From an uncultured Chloroflexia bacterium (GTDB lineage Bacteria; Chloroflexota; Dehalococcoidia; DSTF01; JALHUB01): a stretch of 64,000 bases of DNA. The stretch spans positions 1,024,001 through 1,088,000 of the forward strand of contig OY969814.1 in assembly GCA_963703345.1 (NCBI GenBank), written 5' to 3'. Positions 38,794 through 49,419 of the stretch are shown here, in pieces (position 1 is the stretch's first letter; each line of letters begins with the position of its first letter). Under the pieces are notes generated by a model. That model was not told where the DNA came from, made no database searches, and saw only the letters and a list, made by a program, of their open reading frames with translations. The position numbers and the translations under genes are program-made.

Positions 38794-39555
38794 TCAGCTG
38801 CGGACGTACGCGCCGCCGGTTATGCAGAACACTTCGCCTGTCATGTAGCTCGACTGATCACTGGCGATGAACAGCGCGAGATTCGCGATGTCCTCCGGCG
38901 CCCCCAGTCGTCCGAGCAAGGTTCCCCGCCGCCAGTCCTCGAAGAACTCCGGCGAATACACCCGCCTCAAGAACTCGTTGTAGATTAGCCCGGGAGCGAT
39001 CGCGTTGACCCGAACGCCTTTGCCGGCGACCTCGGCGGCTACAGCTCGCGTGAACGCCATAATCCCCGCCTTCGCCGCGCAATAGTGCGCCTCGCCTTCA
39101 TTCGACGCCATCCAGCCGACCGACGATGACATGTTGATGATGTTGCCGCTGCCGCGCCCCATCATGTGGGGAAGGACGGCGCGCGTGCAATGGAAGGTGC
39201 CTCTGAGGTTGACGCCGATCACCAGGTCCCACGTCTCATCGCTCATTTCCCAGACTGGCTGCAGCCGGTTGATGCCGGCATTGTTCATTAGGATGTTGAC
39301 TCTACCGTACTTGTCAACCGCGGCGTCGACCATCTGCTGCACTTGGGTCGTGCTGGTGACATTGACCTCGAGGCCCACGACCTCGCGCCCGGCCTCTTTG
39401 CTCATTGCCTCTGCCTGCTCCTGGACGCGCCGGGCGTGCGCATCGCTGATGACCACCTCAGCTCCCTCTTGCAGAAACCGGCGCGCAACCGCTTGCCCGA
39501 TTCCGGCACCGGCTGCCCCTGTCACGATGGCTACCTGTCCGTCTAGCTGGCCCAT
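38794..39555 (-). CDS. Short-chain dehydrogenase/reductase
   Basis: TGAAGAGIG, NNAG and YCAAK motifs. Confidence 0.92.
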   Translation of the reverse strand: MGQLDGQVAIVTGAAGAGIGQAVARRFLQEGAEVVISDAHARRVQEQAEAMSKEAGREVVGLEVNVTSTTQVQQMVDAAVDKYGRVNILMNNAGINRLQPVWEMSDETWDLVIGVNLRGTFHCTRAVLPHMMGRGSGNIINMSSSVGWMASNEGEAHYCAAKAGIMAFTRAVAAEVAGKGVRVNAIAPGLIYNEFLRRVYSPEFFEDWRRGTLLGRLGAPEDIANLALFIASDQSSYMTGEVFCITGGAYVRS

Positions 39556-39557
39556 GG

Positions 39558-40391
39558 CTAGGCCTCCTTTGCCCTGTAGACGCCGCCCCTCCGTGGGTAC
39601 TGCCGGTAGTCGGGATCCCGGCGCTCCAGGAACGCCTTCTTGCCTTCATCGGCCTCGCCGCTCTTGAAGAAGTCAGGCGCGAACTCGCCGATCCAGTCGC
39701 GCAGCGATGCCTCCCGCAGTGGGTCGTAGACGGAGCGGAACGTGGCCTTGAGGATCTTGAGGCAGCTCGGGCTCTTCGCCATCAGCTCCCCGCACCATTG
39801 ATCGACTTCTTCGTCCAACTTCTCCTTGGGTACCACAGCGTTCACTAACCCCATCTGCAGCGCCTCCTGGGCCGAGTAGGTCCGGCAGAGCATCCATATC
39901 TCCCGCGCCTTCTTGTGACCAACGACCCACGTAAGGAACGACACCCAGTGCCCCGAAGCGGGGCTGCCCACGCGCGGGCCGACCTGCCGGAAGGTGGCGT
40001 GCTCGGCGGCGATGGTGAGGTCGCAGAAGTAGGCCAGGTGGTTGCCGCCGCCGACCGCGTGCCCGTTAACCCGCGCGATCACCGGCTTGAGGCAATCCTC
40101 GATGCCCGAGTGGGGGTCGAAATCTGGGCTGCCCCACGTGCCCTCCTGTTGGAACTCCGCCAGCCACTTCACGTCCGCCCCCGCGCAGAAAGCTCGTTCC
40201 CCCGCACCCGTCATGACTATCACCCCCACGCTCTCATCAGCGTTGGCGTCGTCGACGGCCTGTCGCATCTCCGCCAGCGTCTCGCCGGTGAAGGAGTTCA
40301 TGGCATCTGGCCGGTTGATGGTGATCCACGCAGCCCCGCGGACGCGATCGTGCTTCCGGTAGAGGATGTCCTTGAAACCTAAGTCAGCCAT
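39558..40391 (-). CDS. Crotonase-family protein, MenB/BadI-like
   Basis: AFCAGAD, AVGGGN, QVGPRVGS, KKAREIW and EGKKAFLERR motifs. Confidence 0.85.
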   Translation of the reverse strand: MADLGFKDILYRKHDRVRGAAWITINRPDAMNSFTGETLAEMRQAVDDANADESVGVIVMTGAGERAFCAGADVKWLAEFQQEGTWGSPDFDPHSGIEDCLKPVIARVNGHAVGGGNHLAYFCDLTIAAEHATFRQVGPRVGSPASGHWVSFLTWVVGHKKAREIWMLCRTYSAQEALQMGLVNAVVPKEKLDEEVDQWCGELMAKSPSCLKILKATFRSVYDPLREASLRDWIGEFAPDFFKSGEADEGKKAFLERRDPDYRQYPRRGGVYRAKEA

Positions 40392-40578
40392 GTCAGAAAC
40401 CTCCCTGTCGTTACCCTCCATCACGTCGACCCGGGGTGATAGGCGTAGCGCCAACCGATACACAAACGCGCTCAGCCACCCTCGCCTAGGGTATCACACT
40501 AACGAGTGAAGGCTGCAGATGGCGCCGGAACTCAGCGGCCCCACGGAATGACGACCGGTGTCTCCGCCTGGTCCTGCC

Positions 40579-40700
40579 CGTGGGGCAACAATATTGGATC
40601 CGTATCTGCGGAGGTCAGCGCCGGCCCACTCGTACTCGTGGCGGAGACCACCGAGAACCGGTGGGCCGATCTTCCCTCAGGCCTTGTCGCCCGGGCTCCA
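40579..40700 (-). mobile_element. IS end remnant of the same family
   Basis: IR-like CGTGGGGCAACAATATTGGATCCGTATCT; minus strand encodes PVLGGLRHEYEWA. Confidence 0.75.
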
Positions 40701-40779
40701 CCTCGCATGAGCCGGGGTGCCCTCAAAGGTCGTTATTTCGAAACTAACTGGTCGATGTTCTTGAATCGACCGACGTCCT

Positions 40780-41010
40780 GCGACGGCGACGGCGTGTGCG
40801 TGAGCAAGACCGTGGGCGGAAGTGACCCTCCCATATCTGTACGACCGCGAGGTCGGCCTGCCGGTGCTCATCGACGACGGCGGCCCGCTGGTCCGAGATC
40901 GAGGACCTGGGCGTGACGAAGTACCTGCTGAACAATGCTCTCGGCTCCGTGCGCGGGCTGACGGACGCAAGCGGAGCGCTTTCTGGCACGGTCAACTCCC
41001 ACGTCTTCGT
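40780..41010 (+). pseudogene. RHS/YD-repeat remnant
   Basis: Across frameshifts: DGDGVCVSKTVG / YLYDREVGLPVLIDDG / YLLNNALGSVRGLTDASG. Confidence 0.65.
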
Positions 41011-41230
41011 CGCCTGGGACGACCGGGCCGGCGGTTCTTCTGTCGGTAGGACAATTGGTCGCGGAGTTTCGCGGTGCTGCCCAGGGCGCGGCGCGACGGA
41101 CTGTCAGAGCACATGCGTGGAGTTGTCTTGTCCACGCGGGTCACGCTATGTTGGCGGCAGCATATCCCATTACACGAAGGCCGCCCGGCGTCGTTAGACC
41201 AGAACGACCGTATGAAGAAAGGGGGCACGA

Positions 41231-42700
41231 GTGGTGACAGCTCAGACTGAAGTCAAGAAGTACAATCTTCTCATCAACGGAGAGCGGCGGGAAGCGAGCA
41301 CTCGGGAGACCTCCGAGCGGCGGAATCCCGCGGATCAGACGCTGGTTGCAGTGCTCCCGATGGCTAGTGAAGGCGACCTCGATCTCGCGGTTGAGGCCGC
41401 GCGCAAGGCTTTCGACGGGGGCGCCTGGTCGGCAAGAGCAGCGCAAAGGGCGTCGGTTTTGCGCAAGGCGGCTGCGCTAATCAGGGCGGAATCTGAGATG
41501 CTTGTCCCGCTTCTCAGTCGGGAGGTCGGGAAGCCTCTGTTTGAGTCGAGAATCGAGGTTCTCGGCATGGCCAATGTCTATGATACGTACGCGAACATGG
41601 CTGAGAACATCCGGGGCAGGGTGATCACGAACGCCAGCCCCACCGTTGTCGGTATGGTTCTCAAGGAGCCTGTGGGTGTGGTCGGCCTCATCACTCCCTG
41701 GAACTGGCCTCTCCTTTTGCTCACCTGGAAACTGGGAGCCGCCCTGGCCGCCGGTTGCACCACGGTCATCAAACCGTCGATCCTCACCGGTGCCACGACT
41801 TATGAGGTCGCGCGCATCTTCATTGAGGCAGGAGTGCCGCCGGGTGTCATTAACGTGATCACGGGGAAGGCGAGCGTCGTCGGCGAAAAGCTCGTCGCCC
41901 ACGAGGGGGTCGACAAGATCTGCTTCACCGGGTCCACCGCAACCGGGCGCCACATCATGGAGGTCGCGGCCGGGAACGTCAAGAAGATATCGCTTGAGCT
42001 GGGCGGGAAGTCGCCGAACGTGGTCTTCGCCGACGCGGACATCAATGCGGCCGTTACCGGCTCACTGACGGGGGCGTTCCTGAACTGCGGTCAGACGTGC
42101 CAGGCCGGGACGAGGCTGCTGCTGCAGCGCCAGATTCACGACGAGTTCATGGAGAAGTTCCTGGCGCTGGTCGGAAACATGAAGGTCGGGAACCCGGTGG
42201 ATCCCACTACCAACCTTGGCCCCCTGGTATCAGAAGACCAGATGAATATCGTGACCGGCTACATCGAGCTTGGGAAGAAGGAAGGCGCCAAGCTGGTGAA
42301 AGGCGGGGACCGCCTCGCCGGCGAGCCCTACGATAGTGGCTTTTTCGTCGAGCCGACGGTCTTCGACAACGTCGACAACAAGATGCGCATCGCCCAGGAA
42401 GAGATCTTCGGGCCCGTAGTCTCGGTTATGACATTCGATGACGCGGAAGAGGCGCTGGCGATCTCCAACGACACGGTCTATGGGCTGGCGGCCGCCGTCT
42501 GGTCGAAGGACCTGAGCATCGTGATGAAGTTCGTTAGAGGCTTCAGAGCAGGTACGGTCTGGGTAAACTGCTACCACTCCTCCGGCGTCAACAACATGCC
42601 CTTCGGCGGCTACAAACAGAGCGGGATCGGGCGAGAATGGGGGATGGAGGGTCTCGAGATATTCATGGAGACTAAGAGCGTCCACATCAACCACGCGTAG
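41231..42700 (+). CDS. Aldehyde dehydrogenase
   Basis: PWNWP, FTGST, LELGGKSP, GQTC, EEIFGP and PFGGYKQSG motifs. Confidence 0.95.
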   Translation: MVTAQTEVKKYNLLINGERREASTRETSERRNPADQTLVAVLPMASEGDLDLAVEAARKAFDGGAWSARAAQRASVLRKAAALIRAESEMLVPLLSREVGKPLFESRIEVLGMANVYDTYANMAENIRGRVITNASPTVVGMVLKEPVGVVGLITPWNWPLLLLTWKLGAALAAGCTTVIKPSILTGATTYEVARIFIEAGVPPGVINVITGKASVVGEKLVAHEGVDKICFTGSTATGRHIMEVAAGNVKKISLELGGKSPNVVFADADINAAVTGSLTGAFLNCGQTCQAGTRLLLQRQIHDEFMEKFLALVGNMKVGNPVDPTTNLGPLVSEDQMNIVTGYIELGKKEGAKLVKGGDRLAGEPYDSGFFVEPTVFDNVDNKMRIAQEEIFGPVVSVMTFDDAEEALAISNDTVYGLAAAVWSKDLSIVMKFVRGFRAGTVWVNCYHSSGVNNMPFGGYKQSGIGREWGMEGLEIFMETKSVHINHA

Positions 42701-42802
42701 AAAGCGTGGCGGGAGCCTCGACGACCCGGGTGACGGGCGCGAATGCGACGCGTGCCGGTGCGATAGGCGAGGGTTCGCGTCCAATGCGTGCGGAGGGCAG
42801 AA

Positions 42803-42858
42803 GATTTCGAGACGGGCGTTGGTGCCCCCCAAAGGTCGCCATTTCGAAATCGTGACGG
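42803..42858 (+). repeat. Dispersed direct repeat, copy 1 (att-like)
   Basis: GATTTCGA...TTGGTGCCCCCCAAAGGTCGCCATTTCGAAATCGTGACGG; matches 57896-57954. Confidence 0.7.
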
Positions 42859-43242
42859 ATCCGCTTCGCGCGACTACGTGCGGAGCGAGGCATTGTGGGA
42901 CGTCCGCCGCATTTAACTCGACGACGAAGCTGCACGGGGATGGCCCGAGCGCCGAAGAGCCTCCCTTGCGGATCTCCTACGCTGGCACCTCTTGCTGCTC
43001 GACCGGAACAGCTGCCCTCCCCCACTGCCGCGGCAATGCCCAACATAGTCCCACACCGCCATCAAATGTGAGCATAAACACGGGGGCCTTTCTCGTTCAC
43101 GATAGGAATTAACCCCGCCGGCCAATGCGTTGTCTCCCGCAGCCTCGATGGGGAGGAGCTAGGGCGTGCAGCAGGACGCTCGATAGGTCCGCGAGAACAA
43201 GGTCAGGTCGCGTCTCTCGCCACTCGCTGTCCTCGCCGGAGA

Positions 43243-44484
43243 CTACTGGATGACCCTATCGCGCTGGAGCGCGTCCAGCTCCGCCTCGGTCATCCCCAAG
43301 AGCTCCCGGAACACATAGTCATTGTGTTCGCCGAGCAGAGGAGCATGCCGCGCCTCCACTTCGCCCCCCGACATCTTCCAGGGTGGGCCGGCGACCAGGC
43401 GACGTCCCAACTCCGGGTGGTCGATTTCGATCCAGGCGCCGCGAGCGCGAAGGTGCGGGTCATAGAACAGGTCCTCGGCATTGCGCGACGGCGCTGCGGC
43501 GATCCCCTGCCCGGCAAGCGCGTTCGCCACGAAATCGCGGTCACGAGCGCGCGTCCACTCAGAGATAATGCGGTCGAGCTCAGCCTCATTCTTCTTTCGA
43601 GAAGCGGCATCGGCGAATCGGGGATCGGCGGCAAGCTCGCCATGTCCGATAACGCGCGCCAGGGCGGCGAACTCCTCGTCGGTCTGCACGGCGATGGCCA
43701 CCCAGCGGTCGACTCCCCAGCATCGATAGACGTTGTGCGGCGCCAGCAACTCATCGGCGTTGCCCGAACGGCCGGGGCTGCGACCGTTCATCTCGTAGTC
43801 GAGCAGCACTTCCCCAATGAGAGAACTCACACCCTCGCACTGCGAGTAGTCGATGAACTGGCCTTCGCCGGTATCGGCGCGGTGGTGCAGGGCGGCGATG
43901 ACAGCGAATGCCGCCCCGGTGGCGTTCATCACGTCCACGTCAGGGGTGGTAGTGCTGGGCGGGCCGTCGGGATGGCCCGTGATGTGGGAGGCGCCGCCCA
44001 CGGCGTGATGAACCATAGCGTAGCCGGCGTACTGGCTTTCCGGGCCGGTCGCGCCGCGCGAGCTGGAGGACAGCATGATGATCTTCGGATTGACCTGCCG
44101 CAGAGCCTCGTAGCCAAGGCCGATCCTCTCCATCGTGCCCGCCCGCATGTTCTCAATCACGACGTCACTTACGCCTACGAGCCGCTTCACCAGGTCGATC
44201 CCCTCCGTCCGATCGAGATTTATCGTGATGCCCAGCTTGTTGACGTTGAACGAGTTGAAGGCCATGCCCTGATTGGGCGGAATCGTCCGCGGCGCTGGCG
44301 CGAACAGCGGCCAGACAATGGCGCGACGCGTCAGGTCCATGCGCTCTTCACTCTCGATCTTGATGACCTCCGCGCCCAGCAGAGCAAACAGGAATGTTGC
44401 GTGCGGTCCGGCAGCGACCCAGGTGAAATCGAGCACCCGCACGCCCCTTAGAGGAGGAGAGTTCGCTTCCGGTGGTTGGGTCAA
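43243..44484 (-). CDS. Family III (CaiB/BaiF) CoA-transferase
   Basis: RVLDFTWVAAGP, GAEVIKIE and APLLGEHN motifs; TTG start overlapping the upstream TGA. Confidence 0.92.
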   Translation of the reverse strand: MTQPPEANSPPLRGVRVLDFTWVAAGPHATFLFALLGAEVIKIESEERMDLTRRAIVWPLFAPAPRTIPPNQGMAFNSFNVNKLGITINLDRTEGIDLVKRLVGVSDVVIENMRAGTMERIGLGYEALRQVNPKIIMLSSSSRGATGPESQYAGYAMVHHAVGGASHITGHPDGPPSTTTPDVDVMNATGAAFAVIAALHHRADTGEGQFIDYSQCEGVSSLIGEVLLDYEMNGRSPGRSGNADELLAPHNVYRCWGVDRWVAIAVQTDEEFAALARVIGHGELAADPRFADAASRKKNEAELDRIISEWTRARDRDFVANALAGQGIAAAPSRNAEDLFYDPHLRARGAWIEIDHPELGRRLVAGPPWKMSGGEVEARHAPLLGEHNDYVFRELLGMTEAELDALQRDRVIQ

Positions 44485-45704
44485 GGCTCGCTCACCTTCC
44501 ACACCGCTCCCGTCTGGCAAAGGCTCGTGAACTCATCAGGAGAGTATCCAAGCATGTCTTCAAGCACTTCCTTGTTGTGCTGGCCGAGCAAGGGCGCCGG
44601 TCGCCCCACCGCAGGCGGCGAAGTCGGCATCTTGTAGGGCCAGCCGGCGTAGCGCAACCTGCCCGCCCGTGGGTGATCGACCTCGACAAAGTACTCACGG
44701 GCAAGGTACTGTCTGTAGTTCATCACCTCCTCGGCGCTGTAGACCGAGCCGATGGCGAATCCCTTGGCCGCCCCTCGGTGGTGCACGTCTTCTTTGCTCT
44801 GCTGCGCCGCCCATTCAGCGATTCGGTCTGCTATCTCCATCAGGTGTCCGGAACGATAGACGAGAGTGCCCCATTCTGGGCCCGAGGCCCAATCCGGATT
44901 CCCCATCAGGTCGACGAAAGCGCGCCAGTGGCGGTCCTCGATGAGCAAGGCGATAACGTAGCCGTCCTTGCACCGCAGCCGGCCTTGGGCGGGCGGACGG
45001 TCAGGAACGCGACTCCAATTGGCGTGGTCATAGATCGACGAAGCGACGTTCGTCCTCACCAACGCCAGGATGGCCTCCTGCTCTGATACGTCGATCAGCC
45101 GCCCAGCACCGTTAGCTTTGCGCCCATACAGGGCGGCAGCGACGGCAGCGGCGGCGGTGAGGCCGGTGTGGTAGCCGGTAGGATAGCTACCCGCCTTGAT
45201 AGGAGCGCGGCTGGTGTCCTCCGACCGGGCTGGCAGGAGGTTGCCCAAACCGCCGGCGTGATAGGAGGTGAGCTCGCTGCCTCTCTGGCGCGCGCGAGGG
45301 CCAGTGCGGCCGTAAGGCGTAAGCGATGCGAGGATAAGGCCCGGATTGTGCTGGCGTACGTCTTCCCAGCCGAAGCCGAGAGACTCCAGCCTGTCGGGAC
45401 TGTGGTTGTCAATGAGTACGTCGGCCCACGAGAGGAGACGGCGGAATGCTTCTTTTCCGGCGGGACGCTCGAGGTCAAGGCTGACGCCGCGTTTGCTCGT
45501 GTTCAGGTACAGGAAGAGGCCGCTTCGCTCCGGGTCAGGCTCATCGCCGAGAAAAGGGCCGCGCTGCCGCGCCGGGTCGCCGTCCGGCGGCTCTTCCACC
45601 TTGATGACATCGGCTCCCATGTCGGCGAAGAGCTTGCCGCAGTAAGGGCCGGAGACCATTGTTGCGTATTCAACTATTCTGACGTTGCCAAAAGCCTGTC
45701 GCAT
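44481..45704 (-). CDS. Family III (CaiB/BaiF) CoA-transferase
   Basis: GPYCGKLFADMGADVIKVE, LNTSKR and APLLGQHN motifs. Confidence 0.92.
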   Translation of the reverse strand: MRQAFGNVRIVEYATMVSGPYCGKLFADMGADVIKVEEPPDGDPARQRGPFLGDEPDPERSGLFLYLNTSKRGVSLDLERPAGKEAFRRLLSWADVLIDNHSPDRLESLGFGWEDVRQHNPGLILASLTPYGRTGPRARQRGSELTSYHAGGLGNLLPARSEDTSRAPIKAGSYPTGYHTGLTAAAAVAAALYGRKANGAGRLIDVSEQEAILALVRTNVASSIYDHANWSRVPDRPPAQGRLRCKDGYVIALLIEDRHWRAFVDLMGNPDWASGPEWGTLVYRSGHLMEIADRIAEWAAQQSKEDVHHRGAAKGFAIGSVYSAEEVMNYRQYLAREYFVEVDHPRAGRLRYAGWPYKMPTSPPAVGRPAPLLGQHNKEVLEDMLGYSPDEFTSLCQTGAVWKVSEP

Positions 45705-45888
45705 CAAACGGTGTCCCCGTTGCAAGATGAAGAAATCTTACTATGGAGAGCGGAAACGGCGCTAGACATTCCGCGGCGGTCTGTCGCGCACCAGCGGAAG
45801 ACCTTGACATGACAGAATCACCGCGATATAGACTGAATGCGGTTCGAGAGCGGGGTCTCCTCCTCAGCCCCGTCGAAAGGAGCGGCCG

Positions 45889-46665
45889 GTGAGTTACGAG
45901 ACGCTGATAGTCACCAAGGACGAACACATCACCACCGTCCGGTTCAACCGTCCTGACCGCCTGAACGCCATCGACAGAATGCTCACGCGTGAGCTAACCG
46001 ACGCTATTCGCGAGATCGCGGACGACGCTGAGACCCGCGTCGTCATTCTGACCGGCGGCGACAAGGTCTTCTGCGTGGGCGCCGACATTAAGGAACAGGC
46101 GTCAGCCGACACCAGCCGTGGCCCGACGCTCCGGCGGAAAGCAACCGTTTTCGACGAGATCGAGCGGTTGGACCGTGTTGTCATCGCCGCTATCGCCGGC
46201 TACGCGCTCGGCGGCGGCCTGGAGTTCGCCCTGACGTGCGACCTGCGTATCGCCGCCAGCAACGCGAAGTTCGGTCTGCCGGAAGTCAAACTCGGCGTGA
46301 TCCCTTCCCGCGGAGGCACGCAGCGTCTCCCGCGACTCATCGGCGCGGCCAGGGCCAAGGAGTTCATGCTGTTGGGCGAGACCATCGACGCGAAACGTGC
46401 CGAGGAGATCGGGCTCGTAAGCCGGGTGGTCGAACCTGAGGCGCTGATGGATGAGGCGCTAGCGATTGCGCGGACGCTGGCCGAACTGCCGCCTCTGGCT
46501 GTTCGCGCCATCAAGAGCTGCGTGAACACCGGCATGGATACAAGTCTTGCCGTGGGGCTCGAGCACGAGGCGCGAATCGTGAGCATGCTTCATACCTCTG
46601 AGGACAGGGCGGAGGGAATGCGGGCTTTCGTCGAGAAGAGGAAGCCCGTGTTCAAGGGGCGTTGA
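45889..46665 (+). CDS. Enoyl-CoA hydratase
   Basis: FCVGAD, GGGLE and GLPEVKLG motifs; both catalytic Glu present. Confidence 0.92.
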   Translation: MSYETLIVTKDEHITTVRFNRPDRLNAIDRMLTRELTDAIREIADDAETRVVILTGGDKVFCVGADIKEQASADTSRGPTLRRKATVFDEIERLDRVVIAAIAGYALGGGLEFALTCDLRIAASNAKFGLPEVKLGVIPSRGGTQRLPRLIGAARAKEFMLLGETIDAKRAEEIGLVSRVVEPEALMDEALAIARTLAELPPLAVRAIKSCVNTGMDTSLAVGLEHEARIVSMLHTSEDRAEGMRAFVEKRKPVFKGR

Positions 46666-46871
46666 GGTCTCGCATAACCACCAGGACGCCGCGCTCCTGG
46701 TTTCGGAGTGGTGGAATTCGGCGGAGACCAGGGAATGGCACGGCTGCTGGGACACCCGCGTGCGCACCGCTGCACCTGCTGGGTTGCTGTCCCACCGGAG
46801 TTGCTGGCCTGAAAGAAAGCGTTCTCGCCTCGACAGGATGAGAGCTGCTCTTGACTTTAGAGGAGAGAGGA

Positions 46872-47309
46872 ATGAGTGAGACTGAAGAGAGTCCGAAGAC
46901 CAAGCGCATGGTGCCCCTTGAGGAGGGGCTATTCCGCCTTCCGGAACGGTCCGACGGCAAGCCGGTATTGCTGGGGAGCCGTTGTCCAGGCTGCGGTGCG
47001 CACTTCTTCCCGCAGCGGCAGATCTGCCTGGCGTGCGGTCGCAACGGCCTCGAAGAAGCGGAATTGAGCGGCCGCGGCAAGGTGTGGACATACACCATAG
47101 CCCGTCAGACGCCGCCCTGCTCCCTCATCGAGGCCCCATACGCTGTCGTCGTCGTAGAGCTTCCTGAGAATGTGTCAGTGGAGACGGTGCTAACCGATTG
47201 CGACCTGGACTCGGTGCAAGTGGGTATGGCGGTGGAAGCGGTTCTGGCCAAGATGACGGAGGACGAGGAAGGCAACGACGTCGTGTCCTTCAAGTTCAGG
47301 CCGGTCTAG
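46872..47309 (+). CDS. Zn-ribbon/OB-fold (DUF35, BbsA-like) protein
   Basis: GSRCPGCG..FFP...CLAC motif; strong RBS. Confidence 0.88.
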   Translation: MSETEESPKTKRMVPLEEGLFRLPERSDGKPVLLGSRCPGCGAHFFPQRQICLACGRNGLEEAELSGRGKVWTYTIARQTPPCSLIEAPYAVVVVELPENVSVETVLTDCDLDSVQVGMAVEAVLAKMTEDEEGNDVVSFKFRPV

Positions 47310-47373
47310 AATCAGGAGTGCTCTTCAACTGAAACTAGTCTAGTCGCCTGGTCTTGGCCTGGGGAGGCATGCT

Positions 47374-48507
47374 ATGAGCAATGACAAGAGGGTTGTGATA
47401 TTGGGCGTGGGGCTTCACCCCTTTGGTCGGTTTCCGACAGAGAGCCGGAACGACCTAGGTCGCACGGCCGGCTTGGAGGCACTGAAGGATGCCGGGGTCG
47501 ACTTCCGGGACATCGAGGCCGGCTTCTGCGGACGGGTGCAGCCGCCAACAGGCGGTGGCGTGGGCGTGTTCGGCGAGCTGGGGAAGACGGGCATCCCCGT
47601 CACAAACGTGGAGTTGGCCTGCGCCAGCTCATCCCGTGCTGCAGGGCTCGCGGCCGATGCCATCATCGCGGAAAGGCACGAGATGTGCATGGTCATCGGC
47701 GTGGAGAAGATGCGCCGGGGCATGATCGCCGTCGGCGTGGGTCCGGGCGGCGAGGTGAGCTTCAAGGCCGCGATGGGGATGGCCCTGATGCCCGGCGAAT
47801 ACGCCCTGATGGCCCGGCGACACATGTCCCTCTACGGCACGAAGCCGGAGCACTTCGCCCAGGTGTCGGTCAAGTCGCACAAGAACGGCGCCCTGAATCC
47901 CAACGCTCAGTACCAGACGGAGATAGCCCTGGAAGAGGTCATGAATTCGCGGATGATCGCCGACCCGATCACCCTGTATCAGTGCTGCCCCACCAGCGAG
48001 GGAGCGTCGTCGGTGGTCCTGTGCTCTGAGAAGAAGGCGCGCCAGTACACGACCAAGCCTGTCTATCTCACCGCCTGGGGCGGCGGCACTCCCATGTACA
48101 CGCCGGGCGAGATCACCCTGGGCGAGGGCCCTACGGAATATGTGGCGCAGAAGGTATACAAGATGGCGGGCCTGGGGCCCGAGGACGTGGATGTGGCCCA
48201 GGTGCACGATGCCTTCACCGCCGGCGAGATCTTCACCGTCGAGAACCTGGGGTTCTGCAAGAAGGGGGAGGGCGGTCCCTTTGTCTGGGAGGGGAACACC
48301 GAGATAGGCGGCAGCAAGCCCGTCAACACCGACGGCGGCCTCCTGAGCAGGGGACATCCCATGGGGGCAACAGGCGGCGCGATGATCACTGAGATCGTGC
48401 GGCAGCTACGCGGTCAGGCGGGACCGCGCCAGGTAGCGAATCCGAAGGTGGGCATGCTGCACAACGCCGGGATCGGCGGCGTCCAGATAATGACCTTTCA
48501 GGTCTGA
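47374..48507 (+). CDS. SCP2-type thiolase
   Basis: ELACASS (Cys present), HDAF, GHPMGATG and HNAG motifs. Confidence 0.9.
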   Translation: MSNDKRVVILGVGLHPFGRFPTESRNDLGRTAGLEALKDAGVDFRDIEAGFCGRVQPPTGGGVGVFGELGKTGIPVTNVELACASSSRAAGLAADAIIAERHEMCMVIGVEKMRRGMIAVGVGPGGEVSFKAAMGMALMPGEYALMARRHMSLYGTKPEHFAQVSVKSHKNGALNPNAQYQTEIALEEVMNSRMIADPITLYQCCPTSEGASSVVLCSEKKARQYTTKPVYLTAWGGGTPMYTPGEITLGEGPTEYVAQKVYKMAGLGPEDVDVAQVHDAFTAGEIFTVENLGFCKKGEGGPFVWEGNTEIGGSKPVNTDGGLLSRGHPMGATGGAMITEIVRQLRGQAGPRQVANPKVGMLHNAGIGGVQIMTFQV

Positions 48508-48616
48508 GCATAGTCGCCCGTACGCCTATCCCACGGCCGGCGTCCGACTGTGGGTTTCGCAAGAGGCCTTCATACGACCTCGTCGCACTGAGAGAACGAA
48601 CAGGAGGCCAGTTGAA

Positions 48617-49402
48617 ATGGACCTTGGACTCACTGATCGGGTAGCGCTGGTCACCGGCGCGGGCCGTGGGATCGGCCGCCAGATTTGCGCGACGCTCGCC
48701 GGGGAGGGCGCGCGCGTGGCAGTAAACGACTTCTTCCAGGAGCGGGCGGAGGAGGTTGCCCAAGAGCTCCGAGAGGCAGGCGGTAAGGCTATCGGCGTGA
48801 CGGCAGATGTGACGGACTCCGATTCGGTACGACAAATGACCAAACAGGTGCTCGACGAATTCGGACAACTGGACATCCTGGTGAACAACGCGGGCATCCC
48901 GGTGTCTCCTGCCGAGGAATCAGGAGGGCCGTACTTCGCGCAGAGCACGCGGAACCAATGGGACAGAACGATGCACGTGATCATCTACGGGGTGATGAAC
49001 TGCAGCCGGGCGGTCATCGAGCACATGTGTGAGCGTCGGTGGGGCCGCGTCATCAGTATCATCTCCGACGCCGGGCGCGTCGGTGAGCCGCGCCTAGTGG
49101 CGTACTCTGCGGCTAAGGGGAGCGTGGTGGCCTTCACGAAGGCTCTGGCCAAGGAGGTTGGCCGGGATTGCGTCACGGTCAACTGCGTGTCGCCGGCCAC
49201 GACTGAGACTGAGGCAACCGCCGCGTGGATTCTCCCCCGAATAGAACAACTGGTACGTCAGTATCCGATGGGAAAGGGGCTAAACCGCCTCGGCCGTCCT
49301 GATGACATAGCCAACGCGGTAGCCTTTCTGGCTTCTGAGCGCGCGGAGTGGATCACCGGGCAGGTGCTGAGCGTCAACGGCGGGTACTCAATGGTGGACT
49401 AG
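48617..49402 (+). CDS. Short-chain dehydrogenase/reductase
   Basis: TGAGRGIG, NNAG and YSAAK motifs. Confidence 0.92.
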   Translation: MDLGLTDRVALVTGAGRGIGRQICATLAGEGARVAVNDFFQERAEEVAQELREAGGKAIGVTADVTDSDSVRQMTKQVLDEFGQLDILVNNAGIPVSPAEESGGPYFAQSTRNQWDRTMHVIIYGVMNCSRAVIEHMCERRWGRVISIISDAGRVGEPRLVAYSAAKGSVVAFTKALAKEVGRDCVTVNCVSPATTETEATAAWILPRIEQLVRQYPMGKGLNRLGRPDDIANAVAFLASERAEWITGQVLSVNGGYSMVD

Positions 49403-49419
49403 GAACTGTCGGCGCTCTG

